Source: a virus (taxonomy: Duplodnaviria; Caudoviricetes). Taken from it: a stretch of DNA of 64,000 nt. The notes under the pieces were generated by a model, which had not been told where the DNA came from, made no database searches, and saw nothing but the letters and a program-made list of their open reading frames with translations. Of this stretch, positions 1 to 9,007 are shown piece after piece. The stretch lies in IMG/VR virus record IMGVR_UViG_3300028591_000070, positions 321,935 to 385,934 of that record; one strand, written 5' to 3'. The position numbers and the translations under genes are program-made. Every line of letters begins with the position of its first letter. Position 1 is the stretch's first letter.

Positions 1-20
1 TTCTTATGGTAAAAAATAAA

Positions 21-42
21 AGGGGTGTTATAAGCACCCCTT
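21..42 (-). terminator. Rho-independent terminator
   Basis: AGGGGTG-ttataag-CACCCCT hairpin with an A-tract on its left (U-tract on the minus strand). Confidence 0.6.
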
Positions 43-200
43 TCAAAATTAACAACCTAAATCACAATCTTTTCTAATAATTTCCTGAACAGAATTGATA
101 ATATCATTTTCTGTTTCTTCATTATAAACTGAAGATAAAAGTCCCTGTTCATATAAATATTTAAGGACATCTTTGGCCGCTGCTCTACTCATTGGTTCCA

Positions 201-1436
201 TTAGTTAATCTCCTGTGGTGGTGGATTTGTAGCAAACATATCTGCATAATGTAGATACCATTGTAAATCGAAAATTGGCATAGACCATTTCTTACCAGAA
301 ATTCTGTCATAATTCCACTGTCCTGCATGAGTTTCTACAAGACTTGCAACTTTATGCCAGAAAGAAGGTCGTACTGTTTTATCAGCAAACTCATCTAGAA
401 TTTCTTTTCCAACAAGTGGATGGTCACTATTTGTATGAGCATCACATTCATGATACTTCCAAAGGTCGTGCAAAATTGCTCCAATCAAAAGAGCATCTTT
501 ATCTTCATTATTAAGCTGTCTAATTTCGCAAAGCTGTGCAGCATAAAAATAAACTCTCTTAGAATGGTTTACAAGACCACCAAACTTTTCACCTTTGCAT
601 TCTTCTTTCAAAAGGTCAATAGACTCTTTTCCAGTCTTATGATACTTTCCACTTGAAGAAGCAGGACCTGTAAAGAATCTCTCAATTGTTCTTTTATCTT
701 GAGCTGCAACAAGTTTCTTAAGCTCATCTGCATAACCTGTAAGATCAGCTTTATAGAAACGATTTTTTCCATATCCGCCAACTCCAAGTTCATCCTTAAA
801 TGTTTCAATAAACTTATTAGCGAGTTCTTCACCTGCTAAAGAAGGACCTGTTTCAGCTGGAGTTTCTTCAGTTTTTTCTTCCGAAGTTGGATTTGAAAGA
901 ACATATGAAGGTGAATGCTGCTCGATTGCATTTCTCAATGCATCATATGAAGGTTTTGTGTCCAAGTCGTTAGCTGAAACATAATATGTTCCTTTTGTGT
1001 AAAGAGACTCCTTAAGAATTTTTGCTCCAGGTTTTACAGTTTCCAAAAAGTCTTTTGTAGGCATTGTCAAAACTGTAGCATTGCTAAAGTCCCACTTATC
1101 ATTTTTGCTATCATAAGCTTTTTGATCTACATGATAGAAAAGAATAATATCTGTTTCAATCTCTTTAAGATACTGGTCAATTGTCTTGTTGACAGAACTA
1201 ACGGTGTAAGATGTACCAGATTTAGAATATCCAGATTTTACTTCTACTTTAATAACTGCATCATCTTCACAAGTAATAAAAATATCACCCTGCTGATGGT
1301 TGTTCTTCAATAAATTACTTGGATTTTTCTCAACTTTCTTAATCTTATATTTTGTAAGATAGTTTTTATTCAAATAATCTACAAGATAGTCTTCTCCATT
1401 TGTTCCAAGACTAAGATTTTTTGCTGGAATTGCCAT
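201..1436 (-). CDS. PD-(D/E)XK nuclease-like domain fused to an HD phosphohydrolase
   Basis: N-terminus GxxGE..GD..VEVKS; C-terminus PASSSGKYH..GGLVNH..ILHDLWK..HP..HAGQW..LHYAD, typical of phage HD domains. Confidence 0.65.
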   Translation of the reverse strand: MAIPAKNLSLGTNGEDYLVDYLNKNYLTKYKIKKVEKNPSNLLKNNHQQGDIFITCEDDAVIKVEVKSGYSKSGTSYTVSSVNKTIDQYLKEIETDIILFYHVDQKAYDSKNDKWDFSNATVLTMPTKDFLETVKPGAKILKESLYTKGTYYVSANDLDTKPSYDALRNAIEQHSPSYVLSNPTSEEKTEETPAETGPSLAGEELANKFIETFKDELGVGGYGKNRFYKADLTGYADELKKLVAAQDKRTIERFFTGPASSSGKYHKTGKESIDLLKEECKGEKFGGLVNHSKRVYFYAAQLCEIRQLNNEDKDALLIGAILHDLWKYHECDAHTNSDHPLVGKEILDEFADKTVRPSFWHKVASLVETHAGQWNYDRISGKKWSMPIFDLQWYLHYADMFATNPPPQEIN

Positions 1437-1459
1437 CTAATTTCTCCTATAGTAAAATA

Positions 1460-2137
1460 TTAACACTTTTTTGCTATCTCTTCAAAAGAAAGAATTTTAT
1501 GATTATAATCCCAACAAACATCAATATAGTCAAGTGGGTCAACAAGCTTTCCATAAGAAGATTTAACTGATGTATCAATATCTAAGTTTTTCTGTTTTGT
1601 AAGCATATATTTTTTAACAATTTCCATCATTGCCCAGTTTTTGCAATCTCTGTTAAAATAGTTTGCATCTACTGGAAATTGATGAGTATGCCCATGAACA
1701 TTATAAAAATTTGTACCAGGCCTTAAATAAACCGGTTCATGGCTAAAAATATATTTTCCCTCATAAATAAAAGGATATTCAAAAACTTTTTCAAATCCTA
1801 ATGCTGTAAAAAAGTCAATAGGATTATCATAATTATGTCCTGAATGATATGGCATTGTATCTCTGTCATGATTACCTAGAACAAGCCAAAGATGCTTATC
1901 ATTCTCTCTCATTCTGTCAATATAAGTTTTTAATTCTTGGAATGAAACATTATCATTCATACAGATATCGCCCAAATTAAGAATAGTTGAACCTCTTGGT
2001 AATTCATCAAAAGGTTTAAGCAAATCTTCATTCATTTGTTTAAGACCTTCTTCAGTAGGCTCATAAGGACGATTAGAATAATAAATTAAATTTTTATGAC
2101 TGAAGTGGGTGTCAGATGTGATAAAAAAATTTTCCAT
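1460..2137 (-). CDS. calcineurin-like metallophosphoesterase
   Basis: SDTHFSH, NLGD, GNHD, SHEP and HGHTH motifs. Confidence 0.9.
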   Translation of the reverse strand: MENFFITSDTHFSHKNLIYYSNRPYEPTEEGLKQMNEDLLKPFDELPRGSTILNLGDICMNDNVSFQELKTYIDRMRENDKHLWLVLGNHDRDTMPYHSGHNYDNPIDFFTALGFEKVFEYPFIYEGKYIFSHEPVYLRPGTNFYNVHGHTHQFPVDANYFNRDCKNWAMMEIVKKYMLTKQKNLDIDTSVKSSYGKLVDPLDYIDVCWDYNHKILSFEEIAKKC

Positions 2138-2335
2138 TTACTTCTCCGTTGGCCATGACTCAGGTGGGATTATAACTCTAGCATGGCAAGCTGGACATTT
2201 TATATAAAAATAATAATTGTTTTCTTTTGAGATTCGACCTTCAAGCTGGAGATCTTCTGCTCCAGCTTCTAGAAGTCTTTTACAAACTGAACACCTCACC
2301 CTAATGGATGAGGCTAGTTTTTCATTAGTCGACAT
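2138..2335 (-). CDS. small zinc-ribbon protein (start probably MSTNEK)
   Basis: CSVC...CPAC; the ATG at 2335 overlaps the end of the upstream gene. Confidence 0.6.
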   Translation of the reverse strand: MSTNEKLASSIRVRCSVCKRLLEAGAEDLQLEGRISKENNYYFYIKCPACHARVIIPPESWPTEK

Positions 2336-3002
2336 TTTCCTGCTCGTTCTGAACCAGACCCATAGCATTCTCGAGCATTTCAAGACGAAGGAACTTTTCC
2401 TGAACTTCATCGTCAATATTTTTCTTGCTCTTTACCTTGTCATAGAGTCCAAGAACATATCCATAATCCGAAGCTTTTGTAAATTTAAGCTCATCAGACT
2501 TTGGAGCATGATTTTCCTTAAGAAGCTTGTCATCATCAAACTTAATCTGCTGATAAGCATTCATTGAAGTAATTGCTTCTCCAACTTCAGTTGAAGCTGT
2601 TGCATCAACATCTTTTACATCAACTGTAAGGTGAATGCCATAACCTTCAAGAGCTGAAATATAAGGTGTGAGCCAATCTGTCTTGCCAATCTCATTTAGA
2701 GTTTTAACAGTATCGCGAAGCTTCATAAAAAGCTGTGAAGTCTTATCCTTAATTTCTGCATCCGAGTCCAGGTCAAATGGGTTATCATTCTTCCATCCTT
2801 TACCTTTTGTAAATGCAATATCGCGTGCACCTGCAAGAATTTTTTTATTTACGCCATAAGTTTTTGCTGTATCTGCAAGCATCATATTCATAGTCTTTAC
2901 TGCCTGCTTTTTTTCAGATACAACATCCAAAGAAAGGTTTAACAATTCCTGAGCTGTCTTTACATTTTCGAGCTCATCTTCATTTTTCTTGTGAATAGCC
3001 AT
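2325..3002 (-). CDS. hypothetical helical protein, weak resemblance to T4 DsbA/GapR-like DNA-binding proteins
   Basis: good RBS (GGAGG); LADTAKTYGVNKKIL segment is reminiscent of the family. Confidence 0.4.
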   Translation of the reverse strand: MAIHKKNEDELENVKTAQELLNLSLDVVSEKKQAVKTMNMMLADTAKTYGVNKKILAGARDIAFTKGKGWKNDNPFDLDSDAEIKDKTSQLFMKLRDTVKTLNEIGKTDWLTPYISALEGYGIHLTVDVKDVDATASTEVGEAITSMNAYQQIKFDDDKLLKENHAPKSDELKFTKASDYGYVLGLYDKVKSKKNIDDEVQEKFLRLEMLENAMGLVQNEQENVD

Positions 3003-3027
3003 TCCGGCCTCCTATATTATTTTTTAA

Positions 3028-3606
3028 TTATATTAACAGATTTATAGCTCTTTTAACATCTTCTTCAGTTAAACCTATAATTGGATTGGTTTGAATAAAA
3101 TGCTCACCAAATAAAAAGAGGTCAACATCACTATCATCAAAGATTACAAACTTTTTAATTTCTGGATGACGCTTAAGATAACAATCTATTTGAAGTCCTC
3201 TATCAAATAATTTTTCAACCTTAAATGGCTCTGGATTTTCAGAGCTAAACCATTCCAAATATTTTTCGGTATATTCATCATCAGACTCATAAGCAATTTT
3301 GTCTCTAATAATAATACCATTTTTCTTCAATTCTTTTTTAAGTGGCTTTGCCAAAAACTTTGCATCTTTTCTTTTACTGAAATAAAAATTTCTCCAAGAA
3401 GAACTCATTACTATTTTACAATTTGTTGCTTTTTTAATTTTACCCAAAAGCGCACAAGCTCTTGGGTCATGCATTACACCTTGCTCTCCTCTCGAAAGTA
3501 AAAGTCTATCATGATATTTTGATGTGAAAAAATTATCTGAGTTTAATACTCCATCTATATCCAAGAAAATAACTTTAGATGGGTCTTCTTTTAGATGTTT
3601 TTTCAT
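3028..3606 (-). CDS. HAD phosphatase, Swiss-army-knife RNA-repair-like (HAD_SAK_2 type)
   Basis: FLDIDGVLN, IVMSSSWR, RGLQI, FVIFDD, GLTEEDV. Confidence 0.85.
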   Translation of the reverse strand: MKKHLKEDPSKVIFLDIDGVLNSDNFFTSKYHDRLLLSRGEQGVMHDPRACALLGKIKKATNCKIVMSSSWRNFYFSKRKDAKFLAKPLKKELKKNGIIIRDKIAYESDDEYTEKYLEWFSSENPEPFKVEKLFDRGLQIDCYLKRHPEIKKFVIFDDSDVDLFLFGEHFIQTNPIIGLTEEDVKRAINLLI

Positions 3607-4043
3607 TATTTAATCCAAGTATGATTTTCAAAATCTAGTTCATAATGTCTTTCATCTTCAAAATAATCACAAAATTCATGTGGTAAAAGTTCACCATTAA
3701 GCCATTTTTTAGTAAGTGTTTTGTCCTCATGCCATTTACCATTTAGAACGACCATACATTTTGGATTTAAGTCTTTAATTAGAGTATGATTATTTGCTGT
3801 AGAATAACTATCACAGCTCCATTTTTCTAAATCAAGATTGGTAACCTCAATTTTAATCGCATTACCTAATTCAAAATCTCTAGCATAAGCTCCGCATATT
3901 AAGCGATAATCTGAAACTTTATCATTAGGATTAGTACATCCATTTAATATATATCTAATCTTTTTCATAAGTTTTAAAATTAACAGAGGTAGCCTTAAGG
4001 CTACCTCTTTTACAAAGTTTTTACTTTGTTGTTTCTTCTTCAT
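3606..4043 (-). CDS. hypothetical protein
   Basis: ORF coupled to its neighbours. Confidence 0.55.
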   Translation of the reverse strand: MKKKQQSKNFVKEVALRLPLLILKLMKKIRYILNGCTNPNDKVSDYRLICGAYARDFELGNAIKIEVTNLDLEKWSCDSYSTANNHTLIKDLNPKCMVVLNGKWHEDKTLTKKWLNGELLPHEFCDYFEDERHYELDFENHTWIK

Positions 4044-4314
4044 CTTCCTTTACTTTAGGAGGACGACCAACCATCAAAGAGTGTGAAAAACCACCACGAG
4101 CAGAACGAGCATTATGAATCATTGTGTTCAATGTTTCAACTGTCTGATTTGGAAGAATTTCATCCTTAACTCTTGCAGCATACTCTTTAGAAATGCCGTG
4201 TCCAGTAAAAGTATCAACACTCTTACGAATCATTTCAATTGTAGAATTAAAATTTGAATTATTAACTCTACCCAATGAACGAAGGATGTCTCTAAATGTA
4301 AATGATGTATTCAT
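4021..4314 (-). CDS. hypothetical early protein
   Basis: directly downstream of the sigma70-like promoter at 4338-4367 and RBS GAGGT. Confidence 0.65.
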   Translation of the reverse strand: MNTSFTFRDILRSLGRVNNSNFNSTIEMIRKSVDTFTGHGISKEYAARVKDEILPNQTVETLNTMIHNARSARGGFSHSLMVGRPPKVKEDEEETTK

Positions 4315-4389
4315 ACCTATCTATTACCTCTTTATAGATTATACTTAATAATATAATAAAAATTCAAGAAAAGTTCAACTAATTTTTTT

Positions 4390-4557
4390 ATGTTGGGGAA
4401 AATTGTTCTATTTCAAAATGAATACTACATCTTAAGAGATGCTAATACCTATGGTCCTTATTATTCATTGGCTGAGGCCGAGTTTCACAGAAACCACCCA
4501 GAAATATCAAAGCTTACAAAAATCAAAGAATATAAATTTATAAAAAACTTTGATTAA
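4390..4557 (+). CDS. 55-aa hypothetical protein, not in the ORF track (MLGKIVLFQNEYY...)
   Basis: translated by hand; ends at the bidirectional terminator. Confidence 0.45.
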   Translation: MLGKIVLFQNEYYILRDANTYGPYYSLAEAEFHRNHPEISKLTKIKEYKFIKNFD

Positions 4558-4584
4558 AAAAGGACCTTAAAAATAAGGTCCTTT
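4558..4584. terminator. bidirectional terminator
   Basis: AAAGGACCTTA-aaaa-TAAGGTCCTTT between convergent ORFs. Confidence 0.7.
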
Positions 4585-4589
4585 CAAAA

Positions 4590-5237
4590 TTAATCTTCTT
4601 CAAAGCAGACAATAGCATAGTCTGTAACAAATTTAAGTTTTATCCATTTCTTTTTTCTATTGATATATCCTAAAACAGTGATGTCATAATCAACTTTTTC
4701 GTTCTGGTATATACCAATTGCAAGATTATCTGGTAAAAACTCAGCTTCTATAGTGTCTACATCTTGCCATCCAACCTGACTATGATTTGTTTTAAAAGTC
4801 GAACTACATATAAGTGATGTAACTTCTCCTCTGCAATATTTTTCATACAAGTTGTCTGAAGCTTTTGCTATCACGATATCCAAAGGATCATCTTTTGCTA
4901 CTGCAAGATAATTTTCTGTTGACCTTTGAATAAATAAAACTACCTGTTTAAATAATTCTTCTTCATTTTCAAAATGAATTGTTTCACAATCATTTAATGA
5001 GGTTTGTTCCAATTTTAATTCAACTTCACCTAAATAGCTACCTTCGAAGTCATCATCATTATTACTATAAATAGATGGTGGTTCTGGATCTTCACTTCTA
5101 TCTGAAACCTTTGTTTTTATAAAATTTACATTCTCTGTATCTGTATCAATAAACTTTACAAGTTTGTCTAAAATACTATTATCTAGCTTTCTAGGAAATA
5201 GAGGTTTATCTTTTTTGTGTTTTGTAATAATGCTCAC
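4590..5237 (-). CDS. hypothetical protein, possibly a degenerate gp23-like capsid-domain fragment
   Basis: IAKASDNLYEKYCRGEVTSLICS and FLPDNLAIGIY loosely resemble T4-type major capsid C-terminal motifs. Confidence 0.35.
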   Translation of the reverse strand: MSIITKHKKDKPLFPRKLDNSILDKLVKFIDTDTENVNFIKTKVSDRSEDPEPPSIYSNNDDDFEGSYLGEVELKLEQTSLNDCETIHFENEEELFKQVVLFIQRSTENYLAVAKDDPLDIVIAKASDNLYEKYCRGEVTSLICSSTFKTNHSQVGWQDVDTIEAEFLPDNLAIGIYQNEKVDYDITVLGYINRKKKWIKLKFVTDYAIVCFEED

Positions 5238-5245
5238 TCAAGTAG

Positions 5246-5986
5246 TTACTCCTCTGTGGCCATAAGAGCCTTTTCTCTATCCTCAGCAGCTTTCTTTTCA
5301 GCCTTCAATTTTTCAGTACGTTTATTATTTGCAGACTTAATTTTCTCTTCAACCTTAAAGTTATCTTCAAAGCTCTGTTTAAGTTCACCACCATCTAGAG
5401 TATCTTTGTCATAAACACACTCAAGAGAAACCAATTCCTGAGCATTATAAGGATAACCATCTGGACATTTGTTCATATGATACTCAACTTCATATAAATA
5501 CATATCTGAGTCATTAAATGGCCAAATAGGCTTTAGTGTAGGCTTTCTATCTCTAACATCTTCAATATAAGCGGAGTTATCCCATTCTAGAGTATATTCT
5601 CCTGGAATTTTAGTAATAGCATCCTTAAATGTAATCTTATAGAGAATGCCCTTACTATTCATAAAGTGCAAAATAACAGTAGCATCATATCCTAAAGATT
5701 TTCCTGTAAGCTTTGCAGATTTGAAATTACTGATGTTTTCAATAACAAGAGGCTCGATAAAAGTAATTGACATTGTGTTAGCATGACTATCAAATGGTAC
5801 TTTTGTAAATACCTGAATAGATGAACCAGTACTCTTAATTCCTTTGTCAAGAGTAGACTGGCTAGTATTCAAAGTTACCATAATGTTATCATCTGTCAAC
5901 TCACCAAAACTAAATGATTTGGACTCAGCAAAAACTGAGCCCATTACTGCAAAAATTATTGCAAATAAAAAAATTCTCTTCTTCAT
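5246..5986 (-). CDS. flaA: spirochete flagellar filament sheath protein FlaA homologue
   Basis: Sec signal peptide; IENISNFKS, LEWDNSAYIEDVRDRKPTLKPIWP, VYDK and the terminal ATE match the Treponema FlaA pattern as recalled (KNVGTIKS..WNNPAYI.EVR.RELR.YPLYP..IYDK..KLATE). Confidence 0.7.
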   Translation of the reverse strand: MKKRIFLFAIIFAVMGSVFAESKSFSFGELTDDNIMVTLNTSQSTLDKGIKSTGSSIQVFTKVPFDSHANTMSITFIEPLVIENISNFKSAKLTGKSLGYDATVILHFMNSKGILYKITFKDAITKIPGEYTLEWDNSAYIEDVRDRKPTLKPIWPFNDSDMYLYEVEYHMNKCPDGYPYNAQELVSLECVYDKDTLDGGELKQSFEDNFKVEEKIKSANNKRTEKLKAEKKAAEDREKALMATEE

Positions 5987-5993
5987 AAAGATA

Positions 5994-6001
5994 ATATTAA
6001 C
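5994..6001 (-). promoter_or_regulatory. GTTAATAT motif upstream of flaA (one example of 9 copies)
   Basis: same octamer 6-30 nt before ATG at 1457, 3030, 8946, 11695, 20798, 26381, 31156 (-) and 61818 (+). Confidence 0.6.
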
Positions 6002-6003
6002 AA

Positions 6004-6636
6004 TTATCCTTCTTCTTTTTCTGAGCAGCAGTCGCAGTCACATTTATAGATTGGCTGCTTTTCTAAAACATCTGCACTTAAAAGATTTTCTTCTCCATTT
6101 GAAGATGTAGAGATTTCACTGTAAGAAGGGAGTACGATTAGTAAGTTTTTATAAGTAAGGCGTGCTTCTTTTACATTCTTATTTTCATTCAAAAGCTTTT
6201 CTACTTTATTAAAGTATTTAACAACCTCATCACTTGTTTTTAATAAATTTGTTAATTCTTCTGAGAAAACAACTTCTATTGAGATAGATGATTTCATGTA
6301 AAATAGATAATCTTCATCTAATTTTGGAGTTAAATTATCAGCGATATCAAAAGTTGATTCATTTGGTTTAAGGCCTGTAGAAGATTCACTTACGCCATTA
6401 TCTTTTACAAAAACTTTATACCATCCATCATTTATTGTCTCAATAATTTTTGGAAAAAGCTCTACTAATTTTTTACCTGTTAAAGTTTCAAGGTCTTCAT
6501 TTGCAAAAGAACCCACAACTCCAGATTTTTCGCCTGTTCCAAAAATAACATTGGTAACAAAGTTCTTATACTTTTCTTTATAGCTTTCAATAAGGTCGTG
6601 GTCCTTTTCAATCATACTTGGTAATCTTAATGCCAT
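6004..6636 (-). CDS. hypothetical protein with a Cys-rich C-terminus
   Basis: ORF with RBS AAGGAG. Confidence 0.6.
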   Translation of the reverse strand: MALRLPSMIEKDHDLIESYKEKYKNFVTNVIFGTGEKSGVVGSFANEDLETLTGKKLVELFPKIIETINDGWYKVFVKDNGVSESSTGLKPNESTFDIADNLTPKLDEDYLFYMKSSISIEVVFSEELTNLLKTSDEVVKYFNKVEKLLNENKNVKEARLTYKNLLIVLPSYSEISTSSNGEENLLSADVLEKQPIYKCDCDCCSEKEEG

Positions 6637-6654
6637 TTTATTTATCTCCTTCTA

Positions 6655-7665
6655 TTAGTCGTATTCTTTAATAATATTTAATTCAATCTTATCAATCCAA
6701 TGCAATTTTCTAGGCTTAGTTCCATCTGAATAATGGAAAACAGATGTTGGATAATAAGTTCCTGTTTTAACCAATCCCATTGGGAATAAAATGTCTGCCT
6801 CATCACCTGATATTTTTTCATCAAATGCGAATGTATTATCAGAATAAGTTCTCTCACCTGTGTAGTGATATTCTCTAGAATAACTATCACCATAAGCTTT
6901 TAAATACATTCCAACATTTACTGTAAGAGTTCTTGTGGCTTCATCATATTTTGTACTATAAGCTTCATAAGGAAGATCTTCTTTTTCAAAATAGTCATTC
7001 AACTGTTTATTATAAGTGAGTGACTGATAATAATCTTGATATGGTCCAATAATGTCATCTTTAATACTACGCTCAAAGCCAACACTTTCATCTAGAGAAT
7101 TAGACCCAGAAACTTGTGATTTTACCTCTTCAAAAAGATCATATAACTCATCATAAGAGTCGTATAATTCGGCTGCTAAATCTTCACCTTCTTTTGATAC
7201 CAAAGACTGAATAGCAAAAGCATTTAATTCTGCAGGACTTCTGAGATAATCAATATCATCAATATCTGACTCATGTGATTCATCTGTTCCGAGTTTATCC
7301 ATACGAGCTAAGTGAGTAGCCTCATGCCAAATAAATGGTTCGGCAACTTCAAACATTTTTTTAAGATTTTTAAGGGATTTCCAGAATACTGGACAGAAAT
7401 AAACAATAATAGCTGTATCATAGCTATTATCAATATGATGTAATTTTGCTCTTGCAATAGTGTCCATATCTAAGTTTGGGTCTGCAATTAAAACTACTTT
7501 TCTACTAGGATTTGTACAACTTTTAGATTTGCTGAATAAATCAGCAATAAAATCCTCATGCCCTTCCAAAGATTTAATATAATAATCTCTTATATCATAT
7601 AACTCTTTTAGATATTCTTCAGCATAAGGAGCAACTTCATTTTTAGTTAAAAACTCATTACTCAT
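6655..7665 (-). CDS. putative zinc metallopeptidase-like (HExxH) protein, possibly virion-internal
   Basis: IWHEATH...YLRSPAELNAFA. Confidence 0.55.
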   Translation of the reverse strand: MSNEFLTKNEVAPYAEEYLKELYDIRDYYIKSLEGHEDFIADLFSKSKSCTNPSRKVVLIADPNLDMDTIARAKLHHIDNSYDTAIIVYFCPVFWKSLKNLKKMFEVAEPFIWHEATHLARMDKLGTDESHESDIDDIDYLRSPAELNAFAIQSLVSKEGEDLAAELYDSYDELYDLFEEVKSQVSGSNSLDESVGFERSIKDDIIGPYQDYYQSLTYNKQLNDYFEKEDLPYEAYSTKYDEATRTLTVNVGMYLKAYGDSYSREYHYTGERTYSDNTFAFDEKISGDEADILFPMGLVKTGTYYPTSVFHYSDGTKPRKLHWIDKIELNIIKEYD

Positions 7666-7857
7666 AAAGTAATTAGTAATTTTATTTATTATCCTTATAC
7701 TTCAAAAGACTTTCAGCCCATTTATGGAAAAATGCATAAGCTTGATTATTTTTTAATAGTTCTTTATGCCTTTTTTGAGATACTTCTTCAGCTGATAAAT
7801 GCGATTCTTCTGGAAATTTATATATCAAATACTCAGAAATTGGCAAAGGCAAACAAA

Positions 7858-8256
7858 TCATTTTTCTTCTCCATGTAATAAAGCGTGCATTTGCCTACCA
7901 TAAACCCACTGATAAGCTAAATACATTGCTATATCACACTCTAGCTTCTGTTCTTCAGTGTCAGCACCAGTATAAAAAGTCTGTTCGGCTCCCATAGCTT
8001 CTCTCAATATTTCTCTTTGCATAGAAATATCTATAATATTTTTCTCGACAAAATAAGCAAGAATTTTTTCACGAGTGTTGAAATATTTTCTATCAGTTTC
8101 ACCATCTACAACTAATGGAACAGCAATCATTTTTGGGCTTTTATTAAGCTCTTCAATAGCCTTAATCGCATCTTCTATAGCTTGTTGACTATTTGCATCT
8201 TCAATTGCAATTATTCCGAGTTCGTCAATTTTATTCTGTAATTCTTCTTTTGTCAT
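7858..8256 (-). CDS. hypothetical protein
   Basis: ORF with RBS. Confidence 0.55.
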   Translation of the reverse strand: MTKEELQNKIDELGIIAIEDANSQQAIEDAIKAIEELNKSPKMIAVPLVVDGETDRKYFNTREKILAYFVEKNIIDISMQREILREAMGAEQTFYTGADTEEQKLECDIAMYLAYQWVYGRQMHALLHGEEK

Positions 8257-8416
8257 TTTTCTATCTCCACCTCAAACCCATCAATCATCATTTGGTCTAA
8301 AGCATCTGCTAAAAATTTTGGACTAATAATTGGCTTATCATAGTCCTCATCCTGTTTACATAAATGAAATTTTATACAATTGATGATTTTTATTGTAAGT
8401 TGTTTTTCATTAGTCA

Positions 8417-8938
8417 TCATACATTAAAAACTATATTCCTTGGGTCTGATTTATAACTATTTTCACTAATAGACTTATCAATCCGCTGCCATAGAAGAGC
8501 ATAAAACTCAAAATCAACTGAAGTGTGATGTTCTTTACCTAATTTAAAAGCTTGATTATATAAGTCTTTTACTTCATTAAAATATTTTATATGCTCTTCT
8601 TTTTCGCATTTAGCATCATATAAATCTCTTGCTCTTTCAATTTGACCATCTGTTAAAAACATATAAATATTATCATGATCCAACTCTTCATAAAGTTCAA
8701 TTAATAAGTCATCAGAGTTTTCTTTTGCCAAATCTTCTTGAATATGCTTATGAGCACAATCTTCACAATATGCATTATATCTTTCAGGTATACGAGAACA
8801 AAATAAGCCATGTTCTTTTCCACAATCTGGGCATGTAGGCCTTTTAAAAGTAATTACATCATCAGACTTACTACCCAATAATTCATCAATATCTTTGTTT
8901 GGATCATAAATTGGTATACCAAATGTCTTTTCTTCCAT
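8417..8938 (-). CDS. zinc-finger hypothetical protein
   Basis: CPDC...CEDC. Confidence 0.6.
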   Translation of the reverse strand: MEEKTFGIPIYDPNKDIDELLGSKSDDVITFKRPTCPDCGKEHGLFCSRIPERYNAYCEDCAHKHIQEDLAKENSDDLLIELYEELDHDNIYMFLTDGQIERARDLYDAKCEKEEHIKYFNEVKDLYNQAFKLGKEHHTSVDFEFYALLWQRIDKSISENSYKSDPRNIVFNV

Positions 8939-8965
8939 AAAATAAATATTAACTTCTAAATAAAA

Positions 8966-8987
8966 AAGGTGAGCAAAAGCCCACCTT
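8966..8987 (-). terminator. terminator after the flagellin gene
   Basis: AAGGTGAGC-aaaa-GCCCACCTT hairpin followed by a U-tract on the minus strand. Confidence 0.6.
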
Positions 8988-9007
8988 CTATAAAGTTTTA
9001 CTAAAAA

